In this document: in pieces, positions 30,194 to 41,000 of the stretch
Numbering within the stretch: the stretch's first letter is position 1
How the letters are laid out: each line of letters starts with the position of its first letter
Assembly: GCA_002269645.1 (NCBI GenBank)
Contig: NIVC01002470.1
Coordinates: 107,315 to 171,314, forward strand
Length of the DNA: 64,000 bases
Reading direction: 5' to 3'
From: Macrostomum lignano
Lineage: Eukaryota
Translations under genes and position numbers: made by a program
Notes under the pieces: model-generated
The model's database searches: none
Seen by the model: the letters and a program-made list of their open reading frames with translations, nothing else
What the model was told of the DNA's origin: nothing

Positions 30194-30889
30194 CAGGGGC
30201 GTCGCCACCGGGGGGAGAAGGGGGAAACATGTCCCCCCCATGGATGAATGAATAGAATGGATTGCTATTCTGGCTCTGGCTATTTTCGTTTTTGACTCTT
30301 TTGCATCCGGTTCCCCCCCCCCGTGCCTTTTCATTGGTTGATGATTGCCATAGACAATTTTCGGCCTTCGCCCCTTTCTTTCGATGCACAAGCGCAAAGA
30401 ACTGAGAATTTCAACAAAGTTCAATTTCAACACAAGTAACTTCTATTTACTAACAAGAAAGCGCTTGTGCATCGAAAGAAAGGGGCAAAGGCCGAAAATT
30501 GTCTATGGCAATCATCAACCAATGAAAAGGCACGGGGGGGGAACCGGATGCAAAAGAGTCAAAAACGAAAATAGCCAGAGCCAGAACAGCAATCCATTCT
30601 ATTCATTCATCCATGCCCCCCCCCAGTAAAATCTATGGGGGGACATGAATGCCAGTGCATTGCACCCCAGCCCAATTTGTGACCCGTTATGGAAATCAAT
30701 AATTTTGCTTCAGGACACCAAAATGAGTGCCTGCGGCGCTAAAATGAGTGCCTGCGGCGCTAAAATGAGCGCTTACAACACGGATTCTGAAAAGAATTTA
30801 CATGTAGGAATTTAATTAGTCATGTACACGTACATGTAGAATTCTTGGCTCTGGTCCCCCTCGCCATAAAATCCATGGCGACGCCCCTG
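30194..30889. mobile_element. Non-autonomous hAT-type MITE with internal 157-bp inverted repeat
   Basis: TIR CAGGGGCGTCGCCA / TGGCGACGCCCCTG; 8-bp TSD ATTGCAGC/TTTGCAGC (1 mismatch); arms 30239-30395 and 30461-30615. Confidence 0.88.
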
Positions 30890-31001
30890 TTTGCAGCACA
30901 GTATTGCGATCGCGAGTCATTAAAATGTTGGTTGGATAGAAATATTTACAAAATATCAAGTTTTTGTTGCTTTATCATTTCTATGAAAACTTCTGGGCTC
31001 A

Positions 31002-31427
31002 CTAATGCAAATCCTCCCCACGATCAAGTTCATCTACCGATGAATAGGGAGATGGTGCTGGTAGCGGTGTCTGTGGTGATGACGATGAGGACTGTGGCTG
31101 ATTCCCTAACTCCACACTCTGTAAATTTCGCTGCTGTTGCTGACTTCTTTCTTCCTTGACTTTCATTAAAATCTTCTTGATAATCAACGAGAAGAAGCTC
31201 AGCATAGAGGTGGCAAACAATAGGCCGAGAGCAGCTATGATGGCCGCCAAGTGCCTGGCGTAGATGATGCACGCAGCCAGACCTCCAGCTGAAAGTGTCA
31301 TGAACAGCAGTGAGAAGGGAACTGCTAGATTTTGCTGGGACACCTTCGGATCTCTTTCGGTCTCCGGCCCGCCGACAGCTGCTGATCCGGCTGTCGCTGC
31401 TACCGTCCTCTGTCTGGTCGGGAACAT
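31002..31427 (-). CDS. Putative small membrane protein, terminal exon with two hydrophobic helices
   Basis: Non-repetitive 141-aa ORF with two hydrophobic stretches (AVPFSLLFMTLSAGGLAACII; LAAIIAALGLLFATSMLSFFSLII) followed by KKILMKVK; no recognised family. Confidence 0.42.
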   Translation of the reverse strand: MFPTRQRTVAATAGSAAVGGPETERDPKVSQQNLAVPFSLLFMTLSAGGLAACIIYARHLAAIIAALGLLFATSMLSFFSLIIKKILMKVKEERSQQQQRNLQSVELGNQPQSSSSSPQTPLPAPSPYSSVDELDRGEDLH

Positions 31428-33449
31428 CCGGGTGGAAAAGAAACGGGATCCTGAAAAAAGGGGATTGTTAATTGCTTGGATTTCGGATTTGATGCGTACT
31501 GGTGAAAGTATGGAACAAGTTAAGGCCGCTTTCGAGGATCAAAGACGGAATCAATTCAGATTGAGAACAGACAGCAACCCATCCTTCGCTAAATAGCCTG
31601 TCTAAATTAATAATTCACTAATCATTGGTCCTCTCAGATCCAAAGGAATTGTCACTCACGCCGGAACCGCCTTCCAGCTGGTCGCGCAGTCCTGCTGGGA
31701 CCCGTCGCGGAGCCAGTTGACTTTCCACCGGTCCTCATCTCGGGCACGAGGAATATTCAAACTCTTGGTATTCTCAAATAGGTTTGAAGCAATTTTACCT
31801 GATCCGACGAACTCGCACTTTATCAAACCTTATAGCGGCTTCCAGTGTAATGCTATAAAATGTATGAATATGAGCTGCAAACAAGATCGGCTCAATTTAG
31901 TTTAGTCAGCCTTATCAATCTGCAGGTCTTTATCTTTGTATACTCTTGCACCTGCCTGCCTGGCTGCATGCATGCTGTAAGCTTTTGTCGGATCAACTTA
32001 GACTATGTCTCTCGAGTGCTACTTCAAGTAGAAACTTCAGTAGAAACGTTTTTAGCCATGAAAGCCTCAAATTCATCAGAAATCGGACTGATTCAGACAC
32101 GAATACTTCATTTGTTTGGGATTTCAGGCTTCAAGAGGCTTCCCCAAGACAAAGATTTAAGAGCTGCAGAGCACCTTCAGTTTCTTTCCCATCAGGATAT
32201 GAGACGCGCCTTTCTTCCCTTCATTTCCTTCTCGCTGCCGCTGTCTCGCAGGGGATCCCACACGCGTAGATCACCCGTCTGCAGCGCTGTGCCCCCCCTT
32301 CCAAGGGGGAAATGCGCCTCCGCCGAGAGCCTGGCGGCACTCGCATAAATTTGCCTTAAATAGGAGGGTTGGGGACTCGGGGGAAGCGAGAGTCGGATAC
32401 AGGGAGAAATGAGGCTACATCCGGTGCCTAGCAGAAATTTTGGACAAAAAAACAACTACAAGAAAGGAGAAAGACTGCTGGAGATTTAATATAAGAAATT
32501 GAAATGCACTTAAAATCAGGCAGAGACAAAGGGTCTTAATAGATAATTAATTCAATGCAATAGTGAAGCATTGCTGCCAGAAAGGAGCAGAAAAAAGAGA
32601 AGAAAAGCTTCACTGAGGTCACTGAGGGAGTGGTGTTTCCCAACTGAAGGTCACTGAGGGAATGGCGGCGTCCAAATGAAGGTCACTGATCTCTGTTTCA
32701 CACTTTAATTTAGATATGCTCATCATCTTATAGATGAGTGATTTATTTTATTCTAACAATAGGGGCTACAAAAGACAGCTGGTATATTGTTTCACATCTA
32801 TATAAACATATTTTCGATTGTCTTTTTTCAAGCTTGAATTTCTATTGCCCCCCCCCCAATATTACTGTCACGCATCGCAGAGCAGGCCAGGTGTGTCGGC
32901 TGAGAAGCTGTTAAACCCAAAGCAGTGGTAAAAAAATCCCCAGGTTCCCTGCAGGCCGACATTGCCCGATGAGATGGTACGCCACCCCCCCCCCGTCAGA
33001 AGAAGAGAGAAAAAAGTTGGTACTCGCTATGGTCATAAATTAAAGTCAACAACGGGCATGTAGCCACATAACTTTTTTTCAACTCTGGCATTGACGAACG
33101 TGCGGAGCGCAGAGTTCCAGAGGCTCAAGGGGGGCTGGCTTTGTCTTGGCAATTTACGAGCGAGCGGCACTTCTTGGCGGGGGGCATTGGAGCCACGGAG
33201 CTCTTAGACCTAGACATCTGGAGAGGAGGCCAAACTGCAAACTGAGAGGAGTTCAAGTCTTCAGAGACTGCGGCACAGGGAGAGGGCAGAGGGGACAATT
33301 CCCCTTCCCCTGAAACTATTACGTACTCGTAGTAGCTACAAATGCAGGAGTCTGTCCGATGGGGTTAAGGGGGTCTGTTGCCCCCTTGCGATGAAAATTG
33401 GGGGTTATGCTCCCCCAATGGCGCTGGTTAGGTCTGGCGCTGAATTGGC

Positions 33450-33950
33450 GCCAAAATCTAGTCTACAAGCTAAATTGGCGCTAAAATCTAGTCTACAAGC
33501 TAAATTGGCGCTAAAATCTAGTCTACAAGCTAAATTGGCGCTAAAATCTAGTCTGTGAGCTCATTTGGCGCTAAAATCTAGTCTGTGAGCTAAATTGGCG
33601 CTAAAATCTAGTCTGTGAGCTCATTTGGCGCTAAAATCTAGTCTGTGAGCTAAATTGGCGCTAAAATCTAGTCTGTGAGCTCATTTGGCGCTAAAATCTA
33701 GTCTGTGAGCTAAATTGGCGCTAAAATCTAGTCTGTGAGCTAAATTGACGCTAAAATCTAGTCTGTGAGCTAAATTGACGCTAAAATCTAGTCTACAAGC
33801 TAAATTGGCGCTAAAATCTAGTCTACAAGCTAAATTGGCGCTAAAATCTAGTCTACAAGCTAAATTGGCGCTAAAATCTAGTCTACAAGCTAAATTGGCG
33901 CTAAAATCTAGTCTGTGAGCTCATTTGGCGCTAAAATCTAGTCTGAGTTT
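33450..33950. repeat. 30-bp tandem repeat (CTAAAATCTAGTCT...GCTAAATTGGCG)n
   Basis: About 16 copies. Confidence 0.93.
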
Positions 33951-34261
33951 GATCTAAAATGGCTAAGATTGTAAATCAATAACTTGGCCATAGTGTTACC
34001 AAGGTAGATATCCGGGGTGGGTGTCGGTGAATTTCGACTCAACTTCCAGATCGCTGTCCAGAGCGCCTTGCCTGAAGCGAGTACTCAAGCGACCCAGTTA
34101 CTGGGCGCAGTTCTGCATGGGAGAGGATCTTTACCGGTATTCGTGTTTATAACTAAGCTTGCATCTGACTCATTACTTTTGCTGACCTGTCACCTTTCTA
34201 CAGTGACTTGCTTTGATTTGGCACGGGGATGAATAGAGCGCCGCTGGCATCGGAACTGTTA

Positions 34262-34681
34262 CGGTTATGGGTATGGGTGTGGGTATGGGTATGGGTGTGG
34301 GTATGGGTATGGGTGTGGGTATGGGTATGGGCATGGGTATGAGTATGTTAAATCGACTAAGTCTTCGAAAACGAAAAAATAATAAAGTAGGCAAAAATCG
34401 GATGTTTGTATCCTTCAATACCTCTGCGTTCTCGCGCAGGCAATCAAAAAACAAGCAAGTTAGCGAAAACACGCTAACCAAAAATCACGCCCTTTTTAAT
34501 TATTATTTAACGTGGGGTGGGGTTAGCAAATTGAGGGGGGTTGGCTCATGTACATTAAATAAAGAAAAAAATACACGTACAATTAACTAATTAAACCCCC
34601 AAAAATATGACAAAAAATGAACCTCCAGAACAGAGTATGGGTATGGGTATGGGTATGTGGGTATGGGTATGGGTATGGGTG

Positions 34682-34716
<35 letters not shown>

Positions 34717-34735
34717 GTGGGTATGGGTATGGGTG

Positions 34736-34770
<35 letters not shown>

Positions 34771-34872
34771 GTGGGTATGGGTATGGGTATGGGTGTGGGT
34801 ATGGGTGTGGGTATGGGTATGGGTATGGGTGTGGGTATGGGTATGGGTATGGGTATGGGTTTGGACATGGGC

Positions 34873-34908
<36 letters not shown>

Positions 34909-35113
34909 GTGGGTATGGGTATGGGTATGGGTATGGGTGTGGGTATGGGTATGGGTATGGGTGTGGGTATGGGTGTGGGTATGGGTATGGGTATGGGTAT
35001 GGGTGCGGGTATGGGTATGGGTATGGGCATGGGCATGTGTATGGGTTTGGACATGGGTATGGGTGTGGGTATGGGTATGGGTATGGGTATGGGTTTGGAC
35101 ATGGGCATGGGTG

Positions 35114-35172
<59 letters not shown>

Positions 35173-35238
35173 TTGGACATGGGTATGGGTGTGGGTATGG
35201 GTATGGGTATGGGTATGGGTGTGGGTATGGGTATGGGG

Positions 35239-35286
<48 letters not shown>

Positions 35287-35298
35287 TTGGACATGGGC

Positions 35299-35334
<36 letters not shown>

Positions 35335-35335
35335 G

Positions 35336-35376
<41 letters not shown>

Positions 35377-35410
35377 TTGGACATGGGCATGGGTATGGGT
35401 ATGGGTATGG
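34262..35410. repeat. (GGGTAT)n hexamer arrays (34262-34340 and 34636-35410)
   Basis: Direct reading; telomere-like G-rich hexamer. Confidence 0.95.
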
Positions 35411-35699
35411 CCATAAGCACTCTAAAACACACATTACTTGTTGCAACAACAGAGCGAGGTGAGTGCCGGTCTGAGAGGCTAATTAAAAATTCAATTTGGA
35501 CTGCGCTTATTCTTTATTAAATGCCTGATCTCCAGAGCAGGTGAGAGCCTGCTTTTTACGAGCGTAACAGCAGAAAAAGAAAAAAGTGTGAGAACTGACT
35601 ATTTTGGCACACTTTTTATAATTAACATTTTGCTGAGGCAGAAAGAAGGCACGGAAAATTTCAGTTGCTTTCTTTACTGCTTCGAGAATTGGCAAAAAG

Positions 35700-35912
35700 C
35701 TGAATGAATGACCAGAGAACAGGGGTAGTGATGGCGCATTGAATTACCAGGGAACAAGGGTAGTGATGGCTCATTGAATGACTAGGGAACAGGGGTAGTG
35801 ATGGCTCATTGAATGACTAGGGAACAGGGGTAGTGATGGCTCATTGAATGACTAGGGAACAGGGGTAGTGATGGCTCATTGAATGACTAGGGAACAGGGG
35901 TAGTGATGGCTC
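35700..35912. repeat. 35-bp tandem repeat, about 6 copies
   Basis: TGAATGACTAGGGAACAGGGGTAGTGATGGCTCAT. Confidence 0.9.
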
Positions 35913-36934
35913 TTTAAAATTTATCAGAAAGAATTATTCGCAAACTCACGCCTGAAACAACAGCAACACCCGGCTTAGTTGCTCCCACTCTGCTCCCATG
36001 TCCAACGGAGCCATCCAGGGGTGGCTCTCAGTGGGAATCCCCAGACTATCTGAGCTCGGCATCAGGCCTCGCCCGGCCATCCGCACTTGAGCTGATTTAC
36101 TGCTCAGCTTCAACCCGGGCCAGCGCAGCTCGTATACATTTCTATCAAGCAGATAAAGCGCTGGTAATAGAGCAGAGTCTCAGCTAGGGAGAAGGGGAGA
36201 AGGGGAGTTATTTATTGTCTTTGCTGGCTGCCCCGCCCACTGGATGTCTGAGAAGGGGGGTTGAGAAAGTCAAATATTTATGCCCCGCTATGCCAAGCCC
36301 TGTCAGTGGAGCGGACACGAGGTGAGGGGGGAGGGGAGGGGTACAGACCGCCTGAGGCCGCTGATAGGCATCGGCTCGGAGTGTGATTTATAACGCCCCC
36401 CCCAGAATGAGTCTGAGCACAATGTGCTCCATCGAACTCTACCAGTGTTTTAGCGGCTACAGATTCCATGCAAATTCAACAATGATTTCACCACTAATTA
36501 TTGAACAGGGGAAAATACCTGAGGATTAACAATTGGATAAATTGAGATGTCTAGCAGTGTGTGAGGGGACAGAGGAAAAGCGGGATGTGGGAGGCTAAAT
36601 AATGGAGAGATCGCTGCCTAATTTGTTTGTTCTGGGGCATCCAGCATCCAAAAGTATTGTCCACTTTGCAAATAAAATTCGAATTAAAAATTTGAATTAA
36701 AACAGAAAAGTGGCCCCTTCAATTTTTGACCAACTGAATTCTCTTGAGCTCAGCGCCGCATCTCACCGCCTCCAGCCAATCTCGGCCAGTGCGACTCGCC
36801 TTCCCGGACTCGGTCTTCACCGCCATTGGCTGAGCAGCCGTTTCCCTCTGCTCAGCTCAAGCAGCAACTCAATTCTCTAGTTTTAGGCTCAAAAACAATA
36901 GCTTGAAGGGTCAAGAGACAGGAAAATTATTCAC

Positions 36935-37358
36935 AGCTCCGGCAGTTCCCAGCTAAGCAGCTCCGGCAGTTCCCAGCTAAGCAGCTCCGGCAGTTCCCAG
37001 CTAAGCAGCTCCGGCAGTTCCCAGCTAAGCAGCTCCGGCAATTCCCAGCTAAGCAGCTCCGGCAGTCCCAGCTAAGCAGCTCCGGCAGTTCCCAGCTAAG
37101 CAGCTCCGGCAGTTCCCAGCTAAGCAGCTCCGGCAGTTCCCAGCTAAGCAGCTCCGGCAGTTCCCAGCTAAGCAGCTCCGGCAATTCCCAGCTAAGCAGC
37201 TCCGGCAGTCCCAGCTAAGCAGCTCCGGCAGTTCCCAGCTAAGCAGCTCCGGCAGTTCCCAGCTAAGCAGCTCCGGCAGTCCCAGCTAAGCAGCTCCGGC
37301 AGTTCCCAGCTAAGCAGCTCCGGCAGTTCCCAGCTAAGCGACTCCGGCAGTTCCCAGC
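36935..37358. repeat. 24-bp tandem repeat ending 5 nt before the Hox ATG
   Basis: (GCAGCTCCGGCAGTTCCCAGCTAA)n, about 17 copies. Confidence 0.93.
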
Positions 37359-37362
37359 TGGC

Positions 37363-38026
37363 ATGAACTATTTCAGTCTGGGCGGCGTCCTGCACGAACC
37401 GGTGGCTGAGCCTTCGGCTTTCAGCGCGGCGGCGGTGGCGGCCGCGTCGACGGTCAGCCCGGCGCACCAGTCAGACAGTCTGACATTTCAACCGCTGTCA
37501 AACTATCAGCATCAGCTCCATCAGCAGCAGCAGCATCCCGAGCATCTGCAGCTTCATCATTATCACCCGCAGCATCCGCATGTCCATCAGCAGCAGCAGC
37601 AGCAGCAGCAGCAGCCTCAGCCAGATTCGCAGCCCTGGACAGAGCGTTTCTCCTCCGTAGCCGCCGTAGCCGCCGGAGCAGCGGTGGCTGCCAGCTATTT
37701 CAGCGGCGGAGTGTCGGCGGCCACGGGGGCGGCGGCGCCGACGAGCGCCTCGCTACTGCAGATGGACGCCGCGGTGCGCAGCCTGCAGCACCGGGTTCGC
37801 GGCGGCCTGACCGCCGTGGCCGCCGTGGCCGCTAGCGGGCCAGACGACGACCCGAACGACATCGACATCGACAACGAGGACGAGGAAGATGCAGACGCCG
37901 TGGTGGATTTGGACGACACAGCGGCGGCGGCGGCGGCTGCGGCGGCGGCTGCGGCGGCGGCTGTGGCCGACGAGACGGGCCGGCCCGGTGATGCGGCCAA
38001 GTTGTGGCCTTGGATGACCGTCATCG
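37363..38026 (+). CDS. Hox exon 1 (polyQ/H, polyA, hexapeptide)
   Basis: ORF 37363..; ends WPWMTVI before GT. Confidence 0.87.
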
Positions 38027-41000
38027 GTGAGGCTGCGAGCTGCCAGTGTGTTTGATTTAGTGCACCAATGTCCAGTTTAGTCTAAAATGACCAGTTTAGC
38101 TCCCTAAGGTTTAGTTTAGCTCTACAATGTCCAGTTTAGCTCCACAATGTCCAGTTTAGCTCCACAATGTCCAGTTTAGCTCCACAATGTCCAGTTTAGC
38201 TCTACAATGTCCAGTTTAGCTCCACAATGTCCAGTTTAGCTCCACAATGTCCAGTTTAGCTCCACAATGTCCAGTTTAGCTCCACAATGTCCAGTTTAGC
38301 TCCACAATGTCCAGTTTAGCTCCACAATGTCCAGTTTAGCTCCACAATGTCCAGTTTAGCTCCACAATGTCCAGTTTAGCTCCACAATGTCCAATTTAGC
38401 TCCACAATGTCCAGTTTAGCTCCACAATGTCCAGTTTAGCTCCACAATGTCCAGTTTAGCTCCACAATGTCCAGTTTAGCTCCACAATGTCCAGTTTAGC
38501 TCCACAATGTCCAGTTTAGCTCTACAATGAACAGTTTAGCTCCCTAAGGTTTAGTTTAGCTCTACAATGTCCAGTTTAGCTCCACAATGTCCAGTTTAGC
38601 TCTACAATGTCCAGTTTAGCTCCACAATGTCCAGTTTAGCTCTACAATGTCCAGTTTAGCTCCACAATGTCCAGTTTAGCTCCACAATGTCCAGTTTAGC
38701 TCCACAATGTCCAGTTTAGCTCCACAATGTCCAGTTTAGCTCCACAATGTCCAGTTTAGCTCCACAATGTCCAATTTAGCTCCACAATGTCCAATTTAGC
38801 TCCACAATGTCCAATTTAGCTCCAAAATGTCCGCAAGTTTAGCTCCACAATGTCCAGTTTAGCTTCACAATGTCTAATTTAGCTCGAAAATGTCAAATTT
38901 AGCTTCACAATGCCCAGTTTAGCTCCACAATGTCCAGTTTAGCTCCACAATGTCCAGTTTAGCTCCACAATGTCCAGTTTAGCTCCACAATGTCCAGTTT
39001 AGCTCCACAATGTCCAGTTTAGCTCCACAATGTCCAGTTTAGCTCCAAAATGTCCGCAAGTTTAGCTCCACAATGTCCAGTTTAGCTCTACAATGACCAG
39101 TTTAGCTCCCTAAGGTTTAGTTTAGCTCCACAATGTCCAGTTTAGCTCCACAATGTCCAGTTTAGCTCCACAGTGTCCAATTTAGCTCCACAATGTCCAG
39201 TTTAGCTCCACAATGTCCAGTTTAGCTCCACAATGTCCAGTTTAGCTCCACAATGTCCAGTTTAGCTCCACAATGTCCAGTTTAGCTCTACAATGAACAG
39301 TTTAGCTCCCTAAGGTTTAGTTTAGCTCTACAATGTCCAGTTTAGCTCCACAATGTCCAGTTTAGCTCCACAATGTCCAGTTTAGCTCCACAATGTCCAG
39401 TTTAGCTCTACAATGAACAGTTTAGCTCCCTAAGGTTTAGTTTAGCTCTACAATGTCCAGTTTAGCTCCACAATGTCCAGTTTAGCTCTACAATGTCCAG
39501 TTTAGCTCCACAATGTCTAGTTTAGCTCTACAATGTCCAGTTTAGCTCCACAATGTCCAGTTTAGCTCCACAATGTCCAGTTTAGCTCCACAATGTCCAG
39601 TTTAGCTCTACAATGAACAGTTTAGCTCCCTAAGGTTTAGTTTAGCTCTACAATGTCCAGTTTAGCTCCACAATGTCCAGTTTAGCTCTACAATGTCCAG
39701 TTTAGCTCCACAATGTCCAGTTTAGCTCTACAATGTCCAGTTTAGCTCCACAATGTCCAGTTTAGCTCCACAATGTCCAGTTTAGCTCCACAATGTCCAG
39801 TTTAGCTCCACAATGTCCAGTTTAGCTCTACAATGAACAGTTTAGCTCCCTAAGGTTTAGTTTAGCTCTACAATTTCCAGTTTAGCTCCACAATGTCCAG
39901 TTTAGCTCCACAATGTCCAGTTTAGCTCCAAAATGTCCGCAAGTTTAGCTCCACAATGTCCAGTTTAGCTCTACAATGACCAGTTTAGCTCCCTAAGGTT
40001 TAGTTTAGCTCCACAATGTCCAGTTTAGCTCCACAATGTCCAGTTTAGCTCCACAATGTCCAGTTTAGCTCCACAATGTCCAGTTTAGCTCCAAAATGTC
40101 CGCAAGTTTAGCTCCACAATGTCCAGTTTAGCTCTACAATGACCAGTTTAGCTCCCTAAGGTTTAGTTTAGCTCCACAATGTCCAGTTTAGCTCCACAAT
40201 GTCCAGTTTAGCTCCACAGTGTCCAATTTAGCTCCACAATGTCCAGTTTAGCTCCACAATGTCCAGTTTAGCTCCACAATGTCCAGTTTAGCTCCACAAT
40301 GTCCAGTTTAGCTCCACAATGTCCAGTTTAGCTCCACAATGTCCAGTTTAGCTCTACAATGAACAGTTTAGCTCCCTAAGGTTTAGTTTAGCTCTACAAT
40401 GTCCAGTTTAGCTCCACAATGTCCAGTTTAGCTCCACAATGTCCAGTTTAGCTCCACAATGTCCAGTTTAGCTCTACAATGAACAGTTTAGCTCCCTAAG
40501 GTTTAGTTTAGCTCTACAATGTCCAGTTTAGCTCCACAATGTCCAGTTTAGCTCTACAATGTCCAGTTTAGCTCCACAATGTCTAGTTTAGCTCTACAAT
40601 GTCCAGTTTAGCTCCACAATGTCCAGTTTAGCTCCACAATGTCCAGTTTAGCTCCACAATGTCCAGTTTAGCTCCACAATGTCCAGTTTAGCTCCACAAT
40701 GTCCAGTTTAGCTCCACAATGTCCAGTTTAGCTCCACAATGTCCAGTTTAGCTCCACAATGTCCAGTTTAGCTCCACAATGTCCAGTTTAGCTCTACAAT
40801 GAACAGTTTAGCTCCCTAAGGTTTAGTTTAGCTCTACAATGTCCAGTTTAGCTCCACAATGTCCAGTTTAGCTCCACAATGTCCAGTTTAGCTCCAAAAT
40901 GTCCGCAAGTTTAGCTCCACAATGTCCAGTTTAGCTCTACAATGACCAGTTTAGCTCCCTAAGGTTTAGTTTAGCTCCACAATGTCCAGTTTAGCTCCAC

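Noticed and set aside
31860-32455. Overlapping ORFs 31860-32348 (+) and 32192-32455 (-)
   Set aside because: Non-ATG or weak starts, no recognisable domains or consistent splice sites
34233-35425. Possible transposon ends TAGAGCGC / GCACTCTA around the GGGTAT arrays
   Set aside because: Only a 7/8-bp inverted match and no convincing TSD
34583-35520. Long ORFs (YP/GM/VW repeats)
   Set aside because: Translations of the (GGGTAT)n array that stay open in nearly all frames; no coding evidence
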